DNA of 24,000 bases. Source: Muribaculaceae bacterium. Lineage in GTDB: Bacteria > Bacteroidota > Bacteroidia > Bacteroidales > Muribaculaceae. The notes under the pieces are model-generated. The model did no database searches, had not been told where the DNA came from, and saw only the letters and a list, made by a program, of their open reading frames with translations. This document shows positions 15,075-23,901 of this stretch, in pieces. The DNA lies in assembly GCA_017399915.1 (NCBI GenBank), contig JAFQAS010000061.1:27434-51433 (forward strand). The letters are read 5' to 3'. A program made the position numbers and the translations under genes. Every line of letters begins with the position of its first letter. Position 1 is the first letter of the stretch.

Positions 15075-15229
15075 GTGCAAACTGAGTGCAAATGCAAGAA
15101 AAAAACGAAGTTTTTATTTCTTGCTTTGCCGAAGCGCAGCCTATCTAAGGCGTAGCCAACGATACAAACTAATTAACTCGGGCAAGCCTCGTTGAGCCCT
15201 TCGGGGTTCATAATGCATAAAGCGTTAGC

Positions 15230-15288
15230 CTAACTCTCCTCCTGCCACGCAGTGGATAGGAGGAGTACGGCGAAGCCGGGAGGTGGTT
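15230..15288 (-). repeat. Solo left module of the repeat family, inverted orientation
   Basis: ctaactctcctcct-gccacgcagtggat-aggaggagtacggcgaagccgggaggtggtt has the same stems as 1107-1164 and a different loop. Confidence 0.7.
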
Positions 15289-15407
15289 CCAAAATGCCGT
15301 AAGGCATAACAAACAATTAAACAAAAAACACACCTGTCCATTCCGACATTCTATCTAACTCCTCCACAGCAAGTCAGATATAACTTGCATATGGCTAACG
15401 CATGTTC

Positions 15408-15590
15408 TAACCACCTCCCGGCTTCGCCGTACTCCTCCTAAAAATTACTCAGTAATTTTCAAGAGGAGAGTTGCCGCTCTCATTGACACCATTGTTTCTT
15501 CTTTTTCAGGGAATAGGAGTAGTGCTTTTCACTGATGCTCTCACGCAGGTTCGCGTCTTTACAGACGCACGATTGGTGGTAGAGGTGGTT
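15408..15590 (+). repeat. Modular hairpin repeat, copy 4 (~183 bp), termini taaccacctcccgg ... agaggtggtt
   Basis: The left module is nearly identical to 12857-12920. The right part is different and contains the hairpin gcgtct-ttac-agacgc at 15553-15568. Confidence 0.65.
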
Positions 15591-15707
15591 CGCCCCCATA
15601 CCCCGAGGGTATCGCTGTGCTAAACCCTCGGTTATTACATATCGCTACGCTTTCTCGTGCTTCGCACGCATTTGCTCTTGAAAAAGTTTTATCGGACACC
15701 AACAACT

Positions 15708-15748
15708 TAAAACGAAAGAGTGCATCAAAACATGTTTGACGCACTCCT
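15708..15748 (-). terminator. Rho-independent terminator after the M16 peptidase gene
   Basis: 12-bp stem gagtgcatcaaa (15718-15729) / tttgacgcactc (15735-15746), with one G-U pair on the minus strand, followed by tttcgtttt on the minus strand. Confidence 0.6.
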
Positions 15749-15770
15749 TTTGCTATTTTAGTATTTCAAA

Positions 15771-18590
15771 TTATTTCGCAGGGTCGAGGACTACAACGCG
15801 GTAGTTGTTTTGACTGTTGAAATCTTTCATGAATTTTTCAACATCATCAACTGTGATTGCGTTGATTGTTTCGATTGCTTGGTTGAATGTGTCAACACCG
15901 TTGAGTTCAAAACCAACTATATTATTCAACCAACTATTATTCTTTTCTTTTGCTTCAATTGCACTCTTAACCATGAATTCTTTTACCTTTCCAAGTTCTT
16001 CTTCGCTGATATTTGTTTCCATATCAACAAACTCTTTCTTAATCAAACCAAGAACTTTTTCTTTCAATTCGGGTTTCATTGGGAATTGAGATTGGATTGA
16101 AACAGGTTCGGTAGAGATGCGGCTCATATAACCTTGTGCCCAAATTGAGTAAACAGCACCTTCTTTTTCACGAATTGTTTCGATGAGGCGAGCGCTCAAT
16201 ATTTGACCTGCAATAGACGCCAATTTTTGGTTTTTGTCAGAGTAAGGCATATCGGCAAATGCTACGATAGCAGCATATGTTTGAGGTGTTTCCATACCTT
16301 TCACCGCTTCATCGGTTTTAGTACCTTTTCCCAATGCCAATGCTTTGTTAAACTCAACCTTTTTAGTAGCTTTTTTGGCATTACCGGGGAGTGAAGCGAT
16401 ATATTGCTCAACCATTGGTTTCAAAGTGTTCAAGTCAACATTACCAACGATTACAAATGTGTAGTCAGCGGCATTTGTAGTCATTTGTTTTGCGATATCG
16501 AGAATACCTTGACGGTCGGCAGCCTTAACCACATCAACAGTAAGCATTTTCTTACGAGGATTTGAATACAATGAATTTGCTACGTGTTTGCTGAATTGGA
16601 AATTAGGAGTAGCTTCTTGGTTTTGGAGCACACCGGCATAAGTGTTTTGCATTGCTTGATATTCATCGGCTGTAACATTCACATCAGTAAACATCATATA
16701 GGTGAGTTCCATCAATGAAGTCAAATCTTTTGGAGTAGTAGAGCCTCTGAATTCACGTTCATAGTCGCTAAAGTTAGGACGCAATACCACTTGTTTGCCT
16801 GCAAGATATTTTTGGAGGTCAGAGTAAGTATATTGACCAAGACCATATTGTTGAAGCACGAGAGGAAGCATAATCAATTCATTGGCTTTTTCGTCACCAA
16901 TTTTGCTTGTACCACCTTTAGCGATTGCAGTCATCAAAATTTCATCTTCTTTGAATTTTGTAGGCTTAACAATCACTTTCGCACCATTAGAGAGAGTCCA
17001 TTCAGTTGTTCCCCATGTTGCATTTTGAGATTCTTTAACCACTTTACCTGCAGCCGGAAGATTAGCTATAAGAGGTTCACTCTTCACATTGTCAACATAT
17101 GCTTCAATTGTTTCGGCATCAACAGTTGCCACAACTTGCGCAAGTTCTTCTTCGGTAGGCATTGCCACACCTTCAGTTTCGGGAAGAAGTGCAAGAAGCA
17201 CGCGGTTGTCGGCAGTTACATATTGAGCAAATGCTTGGTTGATTGCTTCAACAGGAATTTGATTAGCAAGCATATTCATTGTTTGGTATTCCCATTCGAT
17301 TGTTGGGATTGGTTCGTTGTCAACAAAGTGGCTCACATATTCACGAGCATAAGCACCTGATTCGCGGCTTGCACGGTTTTTGTAAGCCTTTTCAAGACGA
17401 GAGATATATTCACTACGAGCGCGAGCATATTCTGTAGCAGTGAAACCATTGCGTTGAGCACGAAGCACTTCGCGATAGATAGCCTCAACTACAGGCTTGA
17501 TATCATTCGTTTTGGCCACACCGCTCACACTGAAAGCTTCTTTGGTTTTAGCCAAGAAGAATTCGCCATCGCTTGCACCGGCTGCAGCAAATGGAGCATC
17601 GGGTTTGCTGGTCATTTCATTAAAACGTGCATCGAGCATAGATGTAATCATGCTGTTGGCATAATTGTAAATCATATATGTCACATCACCCTTCATTTCA
17701 TTGGGCAACGCTTCACGTTTGAACATCAATTGCACGATAGCATTGCTTTGTTCTTTATCTTGACCAATTGCATAGATTGTGCCTTTTGTATCTTCTACAG
17801 GATAATATTCACGTTCTTTAGCATCGGCTGGCATTTCAATATGAGAGAACATCTCTTTGATTTTTGCTTCGATGCGGTCTACATCGATGTCTCCAACTAC
17901 GATGATACCTTGTTGATCGGGGCGATACCATGTTTTGTAGTAGTCACGCAATGCGCTATAAGGGAAGTTGTCAACCACTTCCATTGTTCCGATAGGCAAA
18001 CGGTAGCCATAACGGCTGTTGGGATACACTTTAGGAAGGAGATTTTCGAGGATACGCATTTGACCCACCATTGAGCGGCGCCATTCTTGGTGAATTACAC
18101 CACGTTCTTTGTCGATTTCTGCATCTTCAAGAAGAAGGTCGCAAGCCCAGTCGTGAAGAATCAAAAGACATGAGTCTTGAACAGCCACATCGGCAGTAGG
18201 CACGTTTGAAATGTTATAAACTGTTTCGTCAACTGAGGTGTAAGCATTGAGGTTTTGACCAAACTTCACACCTTTAGTTTCCAACCAGCTCACAACTTGG
18301 TTACCGGGGAAATTCTTTGTTCCGTTGAAACACATGTGTTCGAGGAAGTGTGCGAGACCGCGTTGGTTATCTTCCTCAAGAATCGAGCCCACTTTTTGGG
18401 CAATAAAAAATTCAGCTTGACCTTTTGGGTACTCGTTATGACGAATGTAATAAGTCAAACCATTTGGAAGTTTACCAATTCTCACTGTTGTATCAACAGG
18501 AATTGGGGGCATTTGTTGTGCCACCGCTACAGTAGGAAGCATAAGCATACCTACCAATAGCATTAATAATGATTTTGCTAATTTTTTCAT
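15771..18590 (-). CDS. M16 family (insulinase/pitrilysin-like) zinc metallopeptidase, secreted, two-lobed
   Basis: The 939-aa ORF has a signal peptide and the inverted zinc motif HFLEHMCFNGT (HxxEH). Its length fits a tandem pair of M16 active and inactive domains. Confidence 0.85.
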   Translation of the reverse strand: MKKLAKSLLMLLVGMLMLPTVAVAQQMPPIPVDTTVRIGKLPNGLTYYIRHNEYPKGQAEFFIAQKVGSILEEDNQRGLAHFLEHMCFNGTKNFPGNQVVSWLETKGVKFGQNLNAYTSVDETVYNISNVPTADVAVQDSCLLILHDWACDLLLEDAEIDKERGVIHQEWRRSMVGQMRILENLLPKVYPNSRYGYRLPIGTMEVVDNFPYSALRDYYKTWYRPDQQGIIVVGDIDVDRIEAKIKEMFSHIEMPADAKEREYYPVEDTKGTIYAIGQDKEQSNAIVQLMFKREALPNEMKGDVTYMIYNYANSMITSMLDARFNEMTSKPDAPFAAAGASDGEFFLAKTKEAFSVSGVAKTNDIKPVVEAIYREVLRAQRNGFTATEYARARSEYISRLEKAYKNRASRESGAYAREYVSHFVDNEPIPTIEWEYQTMNMLANQIPVEAINQAFAQYVTADNRVLLALLPETEGVAMPTEEELAQVVATVDAETIEAYVDNVKSEPLIANLPAAGKVVKESQNATWGTTEWTLSNGAKVIVKPTKFKEDEILMTAIAKGGTSKIGDEKANELIMLPLVLQQYGLGQYTYSDLQKYLAGKQVVLRPNFSDYEREFRGSTTPKDLTSLMELTYMMFTDVNVTADEYQAMQNTYAGVLQNQEATPNFQFSKHVANSLYSNPRKKMLTVDVVKAADRQGILDIAKQMTTNAADYTFVIVGNVDLNTLKPMVEQYIASLPGNAKKATKKVEFNKALALGKGTKTDEAVKGMETPQTYAAIVAFADMPYSDKNQKLASIAGQILSARLIETIREKEGAVYSIWAQGYMSRISTEPVSIQSQFPMKPELKEKVLGLIKKEFVDMETNISEEELGKVKEFMVKSAIEAKEKNNSWLNNIVGFELNGVDTFNQAIETINAITVDDVEKFMKDFNSQNNYRVVVLDPAK

Positions 18591-18635
18591 TTTGGTTAAT
18601 ATATTAATTAATGTATTATTTCACTTTTGAGCCTA

Positions 18636-18643
18636 CAAAGCTA
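18636..18643 (-). promoter_or_regulatory. -7 promoter box TAGCTTTG (minus strand)
   Basis: Matches TAnnTTTG about 45 nt upstream of the M16 peptidase ATG. Confidence 0.45.
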
Positions 18644-18729
18644 CATAAAATATGTAATAGTTATACACATATTACAATATTTCACACTCCTTTAGACGAA
18701 TTTTTATCAAAAAAGTTACATTCTTGCCT

Positions 18730-20052
18730 TCATTTTTCAACTTTTTTCACACTTTTGCGAGTGAAAATTATCGAAATTGCCACCACCACACCTAACGCCC
18801 ATGGATAATAAAGATATTGGAAAGGCTCGGCCGGTGCAATCTTAGCGAGTTGGCACGCCAACAAAGTCTGCGCCCCGTAAGGAATGAGGCACTGTGTGAT
18901 ACACGAACAAGTATCGAGCAGACTGGCCGTTTTGCGTGGAGAAATACCAAATCGAGAGGCTATTTGTTTTGAAAGCGAACCAACGGTGATTATAGCAACC
19001 GTATTGTTGGCCGTACACATATTTACTAATGACACAATTATCGCAATACAAGCCTGGCCGCCTCGTGAGCCCGATATGCGACTCGACAATAGTTGCAGCA
19101 AATAATTTATCCCTCCTGCGGCTTTTATCAACCCCAACATTCCGGCCGCCAACAAAGTGATAATAATGAGATTTCCCATTGAGTCAATGCCTTGTCCCAT
19201 AAAGCCAAAGAGATCAAACAACGCATATCCATTTATTAGGGCTATGAGCAACGCCGACACGATACCAAGAGCCAACACCACCGTTACATTTATCCCTATT
19301 ACAGCCGTAATGATAATAATCAGATAAGGTAAAATCAATACCGGATTTATATCTTGCGTCACAGCGACATTCTCTACACGAGTGCCAATAACAACATATA
19401 CTATAAGTGTGGCAATCGCCGCCGGGAGCGCTATCCACAAATTTGCCTTAAATTTCTCGTTCATCTGGCACCCTTGGGTGCGAGTGGCAGCAATTGTAGT
19501 GTCGGAGATAAACGAAAGGTTATCACCAAAGAATGCTCCGCCAAGCACCACTGCCACAAAAAACGGCACATCTCCCCCACTCGTCTGGGCAAGTTCCACC
19601 GCAAGTGGAGTGAGAGCCACTACAGTCCCCACCGAGGTGCCTATCGACACCGAGATAAAACAGGCGGCAAGAAATATCCCCGGCACAACAAACTCTGGGG
19701 GTAAATATTTCAATGCGAGGTTTACCGTAGCTTCAACAGCGCCAATCTTCTCGGCAAGCATGGCAAAAGCTCCGGCAAGAACAAATATCCACACCATATA
19801 TAGCACATTCGTGCCTCCGGCCTCTTTTGAGAAAATCTCAATGCGTTGAGCCAACGACTTGCCACGAAACATCGCCACCGCCCACATCGACGCAATAACA
19901 AGTGCCACCGCAATAGGCATCTTATAAAAATCGCCCATCACAATCGACACTACCAAATAAAGCGCCAAAAAGACTATTATAGGAGATATCGCCAACAATC
20001 CACGACCATGCGATACCCTCTCATGCAACGGTGACCCCATTGATTTACTCAT
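18730..20052 (-). CDS. Na+/H+ antiporter NhaC-family membrane transporter
   Basis: The 440-aa ORF is strongly hydrophobic and multi-pass, with composition and length like NhaC-family antiporters. The family call rests on overall resemblance only. Confidence 0.7.
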   Translation of the reverse strand: MSKSMGSPLHERVSHGRGLLAISPIIVFLALYLVVSIVMGDFYKMPIAVALVIASMWAVAMFRGKSLAQRIEIFSKEAGGTNVLYMVWIFVLAGAFAMLAEKIGAVEATVNLALKYLPPEFVVPGIFLAACFISVSIGTSVGTVVALTPLAVELAQTSGGDVPFFVAVVLGGAFFGDNLSFISDTTIAATRTQGCQMNEKFKANLWIALPAAIATLIVYVVIGTRVENVAVTQDINPVLILPYLIIIITAVIGINVTVVLALGIVSALLIALINGYALFDLFGFMGQGIDSMGNLIIITLLAAGMLGLIKAAGGINYLLQLLSSRISGSRGGQACIAIIVSLVNMCTANNTVAIITVGSLSKQIASRFGISPRKTASLLDTCSCITQCLIPYGAQTLLACQLAKIAPAEPFQYLYYPWALGVVVAISIIFTRKSVKKVEK

Positions 20053-20074
20053 AACAAATTCATTCTTTTGACTG

Positions 20075-20082
20075 CAAAGTTA
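20075..20082 (-). promoter_or_regulatory. -7 promoter box TAACTTTG (minus strand)
   Basis: Matches TAnnTTTG about 22 nt upstream of the transporter ATG. Confidence 0.45.
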
Positions 20083-20237
20083 ACGCATTTCACACAAACA
20101 CCAAAAAAAATACAATTTCGTCTTTGAGTTCACCATTTTAACTAACATTTTTAGTTTCACATTGTTGTTTTCTGCAAAGAAAATTCTTTTCGTTTTTATC
20201 TACCCCTGCTACTCTTGCATAATTCAAGTTTTATTTG

Positions 20238-20245
20238 TAACTTTG
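20238..20245 (+). promoter_or_regulatory. -7 promoter box TAACTTTG for rplS
   Basis: Matches TAnnTTTG about 80 nt upstream of the rplS ATG. Confidence 0.5.
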
Positions 20246-20324
20246 CGGTCGATTTCGCAATCTCTGGCGTGTAAAGTGAACCGTGAATATTGCGAGTAAT
20301 GTTAACATTTTAAATATCAAAGAA

Positions 20325-20678
20325 ATGGATTTAATTAAAATCGCCAACGAAGCATTTGCTACAGGCAAACAACACCCTGAATTTGGTCCTGGTGACACTA
20401 TCACAGTGGCTTACCGCATCAAAGAAGGTAACAAAGAACGTATCCAACAATATCGTGGTGTCGTTATTAAAATTGTAGGCGAAGGCGAAAAGAAACGCTT
20501 CACTGTTCGCAAAATGAGCGACAACATTGGTGTAGAACGTATCTTCCCAATCGAATCACCATTCATCGACTCAATCACAGTCAACAAGTATGGTAAAGTT
20601 CGTCGCGCTAAACTTTATTACCTCCGTGGTCTCACAGGTAAAAAAGCACGTATCAAAGAACGTCGCGTGTCTAAGTAA
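20325..20678 (+). CDS. rplS: 50S ribosomal protein L19
   Basis: [11 protein letters not shown]...[29 protein letters not shown]...[19 protein letters not shown]...RRAKLYYLR is typical bL19. I prefer the ATG at 20325 over the upstream GTG at 20283. Confidence 0.9.
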   Translation: MDLIKIANEAFATGKQHPEFGPGDTITVAYRIKEGNKERIQQYRGVVIKIVGEGEKKRFTVRKMSDNIGVERIFPIESPFIDSITVNKYGKVRRAKLYYLRGLTGKKARIKERRVSK

Positions 20679-20700
20679 GAAACACTTTCTTGCAAAGAAT

Positions 20701-20740
20701 AAAAAAAGACTTGCTTTCTCGAGGAGCAAGTCTTTTTTTT
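20701..20740. terminator. Bidirectional Rho-independent terminator
   Basis: Stem aaaaaaagacttgct / agcaagtcttttttt, with an A-run on one side and a T-run on the other. It lies between rplS (+) and the minus-strand START-like/small-ORF unit. Confidence 0.8.
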
Positions 20741-20749
20741 ATCATTTCC

Positions 20750-20875
20750 TTATGGCATAGAGGGAGTGTCGGCTATTGACAACCAGATAATAAGCAAGAA
20801 TATCATCACAATGGCAATAAATGCCAACCACACACTTATTTTAATCGGTTGTTGTTTCTTTCGCTTCTTATTCAT
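20750..20875 (-). CDS. Possible 41-aa single-pass membrane peptide (hypothetical)
   Basis: My hand translation gives MNKKRKKQQPIKISVWLAFIAIVMIFLLIIWLSIADTPSMP*, a basic N-terminus followed by one hydrophobic helix. It starts 51 nt downstream of the START-like gene and ends just before the bidirectional terminator. It is below the length cut-off of the ORF track. Confidence 0.3.
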   Translation of the reverse strand: MNKKRKKQQPIKISVWLAFIAIVMIFLLIIWLSIADTPSMP

Positions 20876-20926
20876 TGTTTCAATATTTTTATCTTAATAA
20901 CAATGAATAAGCACAATTGTTTGCTA

Positions 20927-21310
20927 TTATTTACAGCCAATCACCCTACGCAAGGTATCTATTTGAGAGCGCCAAAGGTCTTGTGATTCGTCCATCTCAT
21001 CTTCTTCGGCAAAGTCGGTGATTTGCAACACCGTGTTATCAGTCATTTCGCTTGTAAGTATCCGCATTTCAAAATAAGTGCGACTTGGAGCATCGAGCCA
21101 TTGCAACTTCAACGCCAACCCCTTACGCATTCCCACCATTTTAGCTTCTTGGGAATAGCCCTTCCAAATAAAAGTATAATCTTTATCTTTTATCTTCACG
21201 TTGTCGGCAAACCATTGCTTTAATCCATTTTCGCTCGAAATGTAATCCCACAAAATCGAGACAGGGGTCGACTTCATGTCAAACTCCATTTTATATTTTA
21301 TATGCTCCAT
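20927..21310 (-). CDS. START-like / SRPBCC (AHSA1-type) domain protein
   Basis: The 127-aa ORF resembles small Bacteroidales START-like domain proteins (...ILWDYISSENGLKQWFADNV...). No catalytic motif was recognised. Confidence 0.6.
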   Translation of the reverse strand: MEHIKYKMEFDMKSTPVSILWDYISSENGLKQWFADNVKIKDKDYTFIWKGYSQEAKMVGMRKGLALKLQWLDAPSRTYFEMRILTSEMTDNTVLQITDFAEEDEMDESQDLWRSQIDTLRRVIGCK

Positions 21311-21446
21311 GACTTAAATAAGGTTTTATATCTTTTTTAGTTATGATTTAATGTTGGTTTATATTTACAACTGCGAATTAATATAAAATAATTGATATAT
21401 GCATAATTTTTTTCGTTTTTCTTTATTAAAGTATCGCTTTTTGTGG

Positions 21447-21454
21447 TAAATTTG
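21447..21454 (+). promoter_or_regulatory. -7 promoter box TAAATTTG for pta-ackA
   Basis: Matches TAnnTTTG about 43 nt upstream of the pta ATG. Confidence 0.5.
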
Positions 21455-21496
21455 CATATAGAAAAAACAAAACATAACTAATAAGATATTTTCATT

Positions 21497-22516
21497 ATGG
21501 GATTATTTGAAAAACTTACCGAAAGAGCGATTAAAAATCGCCAACGCATCGTGTTGCCCGAAGGCACCGAACCCCGCACATTGACTGCAGCCGACCGAAT
21601 CATTGCCGAGCGAATTGCCGACGTGATTCTTATTGGCGACCCTGCCGACATTTTAGCTATGGCTAAAGACCTTAAACTCGAAAATATCGACAAGGCTCAA
21701 ATAGTCAATCCCGCCGATGAAAAAGTTATCGACAAATATGCCGGACTTTACTTCGACCTACGCAAAAGCAAAGGTATAACAATGGAAGAGGCTCGCCTCA
21801 CTACTGCCAACCCTCTTTATCTCGGTTGCTTAATGGTGAAAGCAGGTGACGCCGACGGACAAGTTGCCGGCGCAATGAATACGACCGGAAATGTGCTTCG
21901 TGCAGCATTCCAGGTAATAAAAACCCAACCCGGAATCGACGTAGTATCGGGCGCATTTATCATGTTACTCCCTGATGGTTCTCAATTTGGCACCGACGGG
22001 CTTCTTGTATTTGCCGACTGCGCGGTTATCCCCGACCCAACAGACAAGGAATTGGCTCAAATCGCAGTCTCTGCAGCCCAAACAGCTCGCGACATTGCGG
22101 CTATCGAGCCACGTGTGGCAATTCTAAGCTTCTCTACCAAAGGTAGTGCTCGCCACGACCGCGTGAACAAAGTCATCAGCGCAACAGAAATCGCTCACTC
22201 TATGGCACCCGAACTTATTCTTGACGGCGAACTTCAAGCCGATGCTGCATTAGTTCCGGGCGTAGCAAACAGCAAAGCTCCAAACAGTCCATTGAGCGGA
22301 CGCGCCAATGTGCTCGTATTCCCTTCACTCGAAGTGGGCAACATTGCATACAAGCTCGTTCAACGTCTTGGTGGCGTTCAAGCTGTTGGCCCTATCCTTC
22401 AAGGGCTCGCTGCTCCAGTTAACGACCTATCTCGTGGTTGCTTCCCCGAAGATATCTTCAAGACTGTAATCATCACTTGCAACCAAGCTATCGGACTCAA
22501 AGAAAACAGCAAATAA
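21497..22516 (+). CDS. pta: Phosphate acetyltransferase
   Basis: The 339-aa ORF is of the PTA_PTB type (...RIVLPEG.EPR...DADG.VAGA...FADCAV.PDP...FPSLE.GNI.YK...). It lies immediately upstream of ackA. Confidence 0.9.
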   Translation: MGLFEKLTERAIKNRQRIVLPEGTEPRTLTAADRIIAERIADVILIGDPADILAMAKDLKLENIDKAQIVNPADEKVIDKYAGLYFDLRKSKGITMEEARLTTANPLYLGCLMVKAGDADGQVAGAMNTTGNVLRAAFQVIKTQPGIDVVSGAFIMLLPDGSQFGTDGLLVFADCAVIPDPTDKELAQIAVSAAQTARDIAAIEPRVAILSFSTKGSARHDRVNKVISATEIAHSMAPELILDGELQADAALVPGVANSKAPNSPLSGRANVLVFPSLEVGNIAYKLVQRLGGVQAVGPILQGLAAPVNDLSRGCFPEDIFKTVIITCNQAIGLKENSK

Positions 22517-22549
22517 TCACATCAAACATAACACAATAACAAAATAATT

Positions 22550-23761
22550 ATGAAAATTCTCGTATTAAACTGCGGTAGTAGTTCAGTAAAATATAAACTC
22601 ATCGACACTTCAAATGACAATACACTTGCCGAAGGTGGTGTAGAACGTATCGGCCTTGAAGATGGATTTTTGAAATTCAAACGTGCTGATGGTTCAAAAG
22701 AGACAGTCGCTCTCGGACACGTTGACCACAATGGTGCTGTTTCAGCTATTCTCAACAACCTCACCGACGAAAAAGAAGGTTGCATCAAGAGCTATGAGGA
22801 AATCGACGCAGTAGGACACCGCGTGGTGCATGGTGGCGAAAAATTCAACAAGAGCGTACTTATCGATGATGATGTGAAAGCAATGATTAAAGAATGCTAC
22901 GACATCGCTCCTCTTCACAACCCTGCCAACATGACCGGTATTGAAGCTATCACAGCATTAATGCCTAATGTGCCTCAAGTGGGAGTGTTTGACACTGCAT
23001 TCCACCAAACAATGCCAGCAAAATCATACATGTATGCCCTCCCATATAAATATTATGCTGAAGATGGCGTGCGTCGCTATGGATTCCACGGAACAAGCCA
23101 CCGCTATGTATCACAACGCGTGTGCGAATTCCTTGGTGTTGACATCAAAGAACAAAAAATCGTCACTTGCCACGTAGGGAATGGTGGTTCAATCACTGCC
23201 GTACTCAATGGCAAAAGCGTTGACACATCTATGGGCTTAACTCCAACCGAAGGACTTATGATGGGCACTCGTGTAGGCGATGTTGACCCCGGTGCGTTGA
23301 CATATTTGATGACTAAACACAATCTCACACCTGCTCAAATGCAAAATATCATCAACAAGGAAAGTGGTATGGCTGGTGTGTCGGAAATATCATCAGATAT
23401 GCGTGAAATCGAAGCAGCCGACAATGCCGGTGTTGAACGTGCACAAATGGCATTGGCAATGTATGAACAACGCATCATTAAATATGTAGGTGCATATGCA
23501 GCCGAAATGGGTGGTGTTGACATTATCGTATTTACAGGTGGTGTTGGCGAAAACCAAACAGGTGTACGCGAAAACGTTTGTCGTCCTCTCGGTTTCATGG
23601 GCGTAGAACTCGACAACGAGCTCAATGCTAAAATCCGTGGTACCGAAACAGTAATTTCCACTCCTTCTTCAAAAGTAAAAGTAGTGGTAATTCCTACCGA
23701 CGAAGAATTAATGATTGCTCGCGATACCGAAGCTATCGTTAATGGCCGTCAACCCGAATAA
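22550..23761 (+). CDS. ackA: Acetate kinase
   Basis: MKILVLNCGSSSVKYKL...VGHRVVHGG...FDTAFHQTMP...YGFHGTSH...FTGGVGEN are canonical acetate/propionate kinase motifs. Confidence 0.92.
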   Translation: MKILVLNCGSSSVKYKLIDTSNDNTLAEGGVERIGLEDGFLKFKRADGSKETVALGHVDHNGAVSAILNNLTDEKEGCIKSYEEIDAVGHRVVHGGEKFNKSVLIDDDVKAMIKECYDIAPLHNPANMTGIEAITALMPNVPQVGVFDTAFHQTMPAKSYMYALPYKYYAEDGVRRYGFHGTSHRYVSQRVCEFLGVDIKEQKIVTCHVGNGGSITAVLNGKSVDTSMGLTPTEGLMMGTRVGDVDPGALTYLMTKHNLTPAQMQNIINKESGMAGVSEISSDMREIEAADNAGVERAQMALAMYEQRIIKYVGAYAAEMGGVDIIVFTGGVGENQTGVRENVCRPLGFMGVELDNELNAKIRGTETVISTPSSKVKVVVIPTDEELMIARDTEAIVNGRQPE

Positions 23762-23791
23762 TAGAATTTAAACACAACTTATAGGCTCTCT

Positions 23792-23823
23792 CACCCTCTA
23801 ATTTACTGTTAGATTAGAGGGTG
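23792..23823 (+). terminator. Hairpin downstream of ackA (possible terminator, no U tract)
   Basis: 11-bp inverted repeat caccctctaat (23792-23802) / attagagggtg (23813-23823). Confidence 0.3.
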
Positions 23824-23901
23824 AATGTAAAGCCCCGGGATTCCCCCTATCAAAATTCAGTTTCTAAAAATCTACAACACATAGTATATATTTATAATTT
23901 T

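Noticed and set aside
868-15590. The recurring repeats, considered as a possible CRISPR array or as IS-element ends.
   Set aside because: The copies are not regularly spaced, they differ in length (58-230 bp), and they are scattered over three loci. No cas gene, transposase or integrase ORF is present.
16791-18074. Long antisense ORFs opposite well-supported genes, for example 16791-17360 and 17454-18074 (+) opposite the M16 peptidase, 10517-11102 (+) opposite the PAP2 gene, 19354-19849 (+) opposite the transporter, and 11211-11717 (-) inside gdhA.
   Set aside because: Each is fully overlapped by a gene with clear family motifs on the other strand or in another frame. Their translations are low-complexity (Cys/His/Phe/Arg-rich) with no recognisable domains. 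They are typical shadow ORFs.
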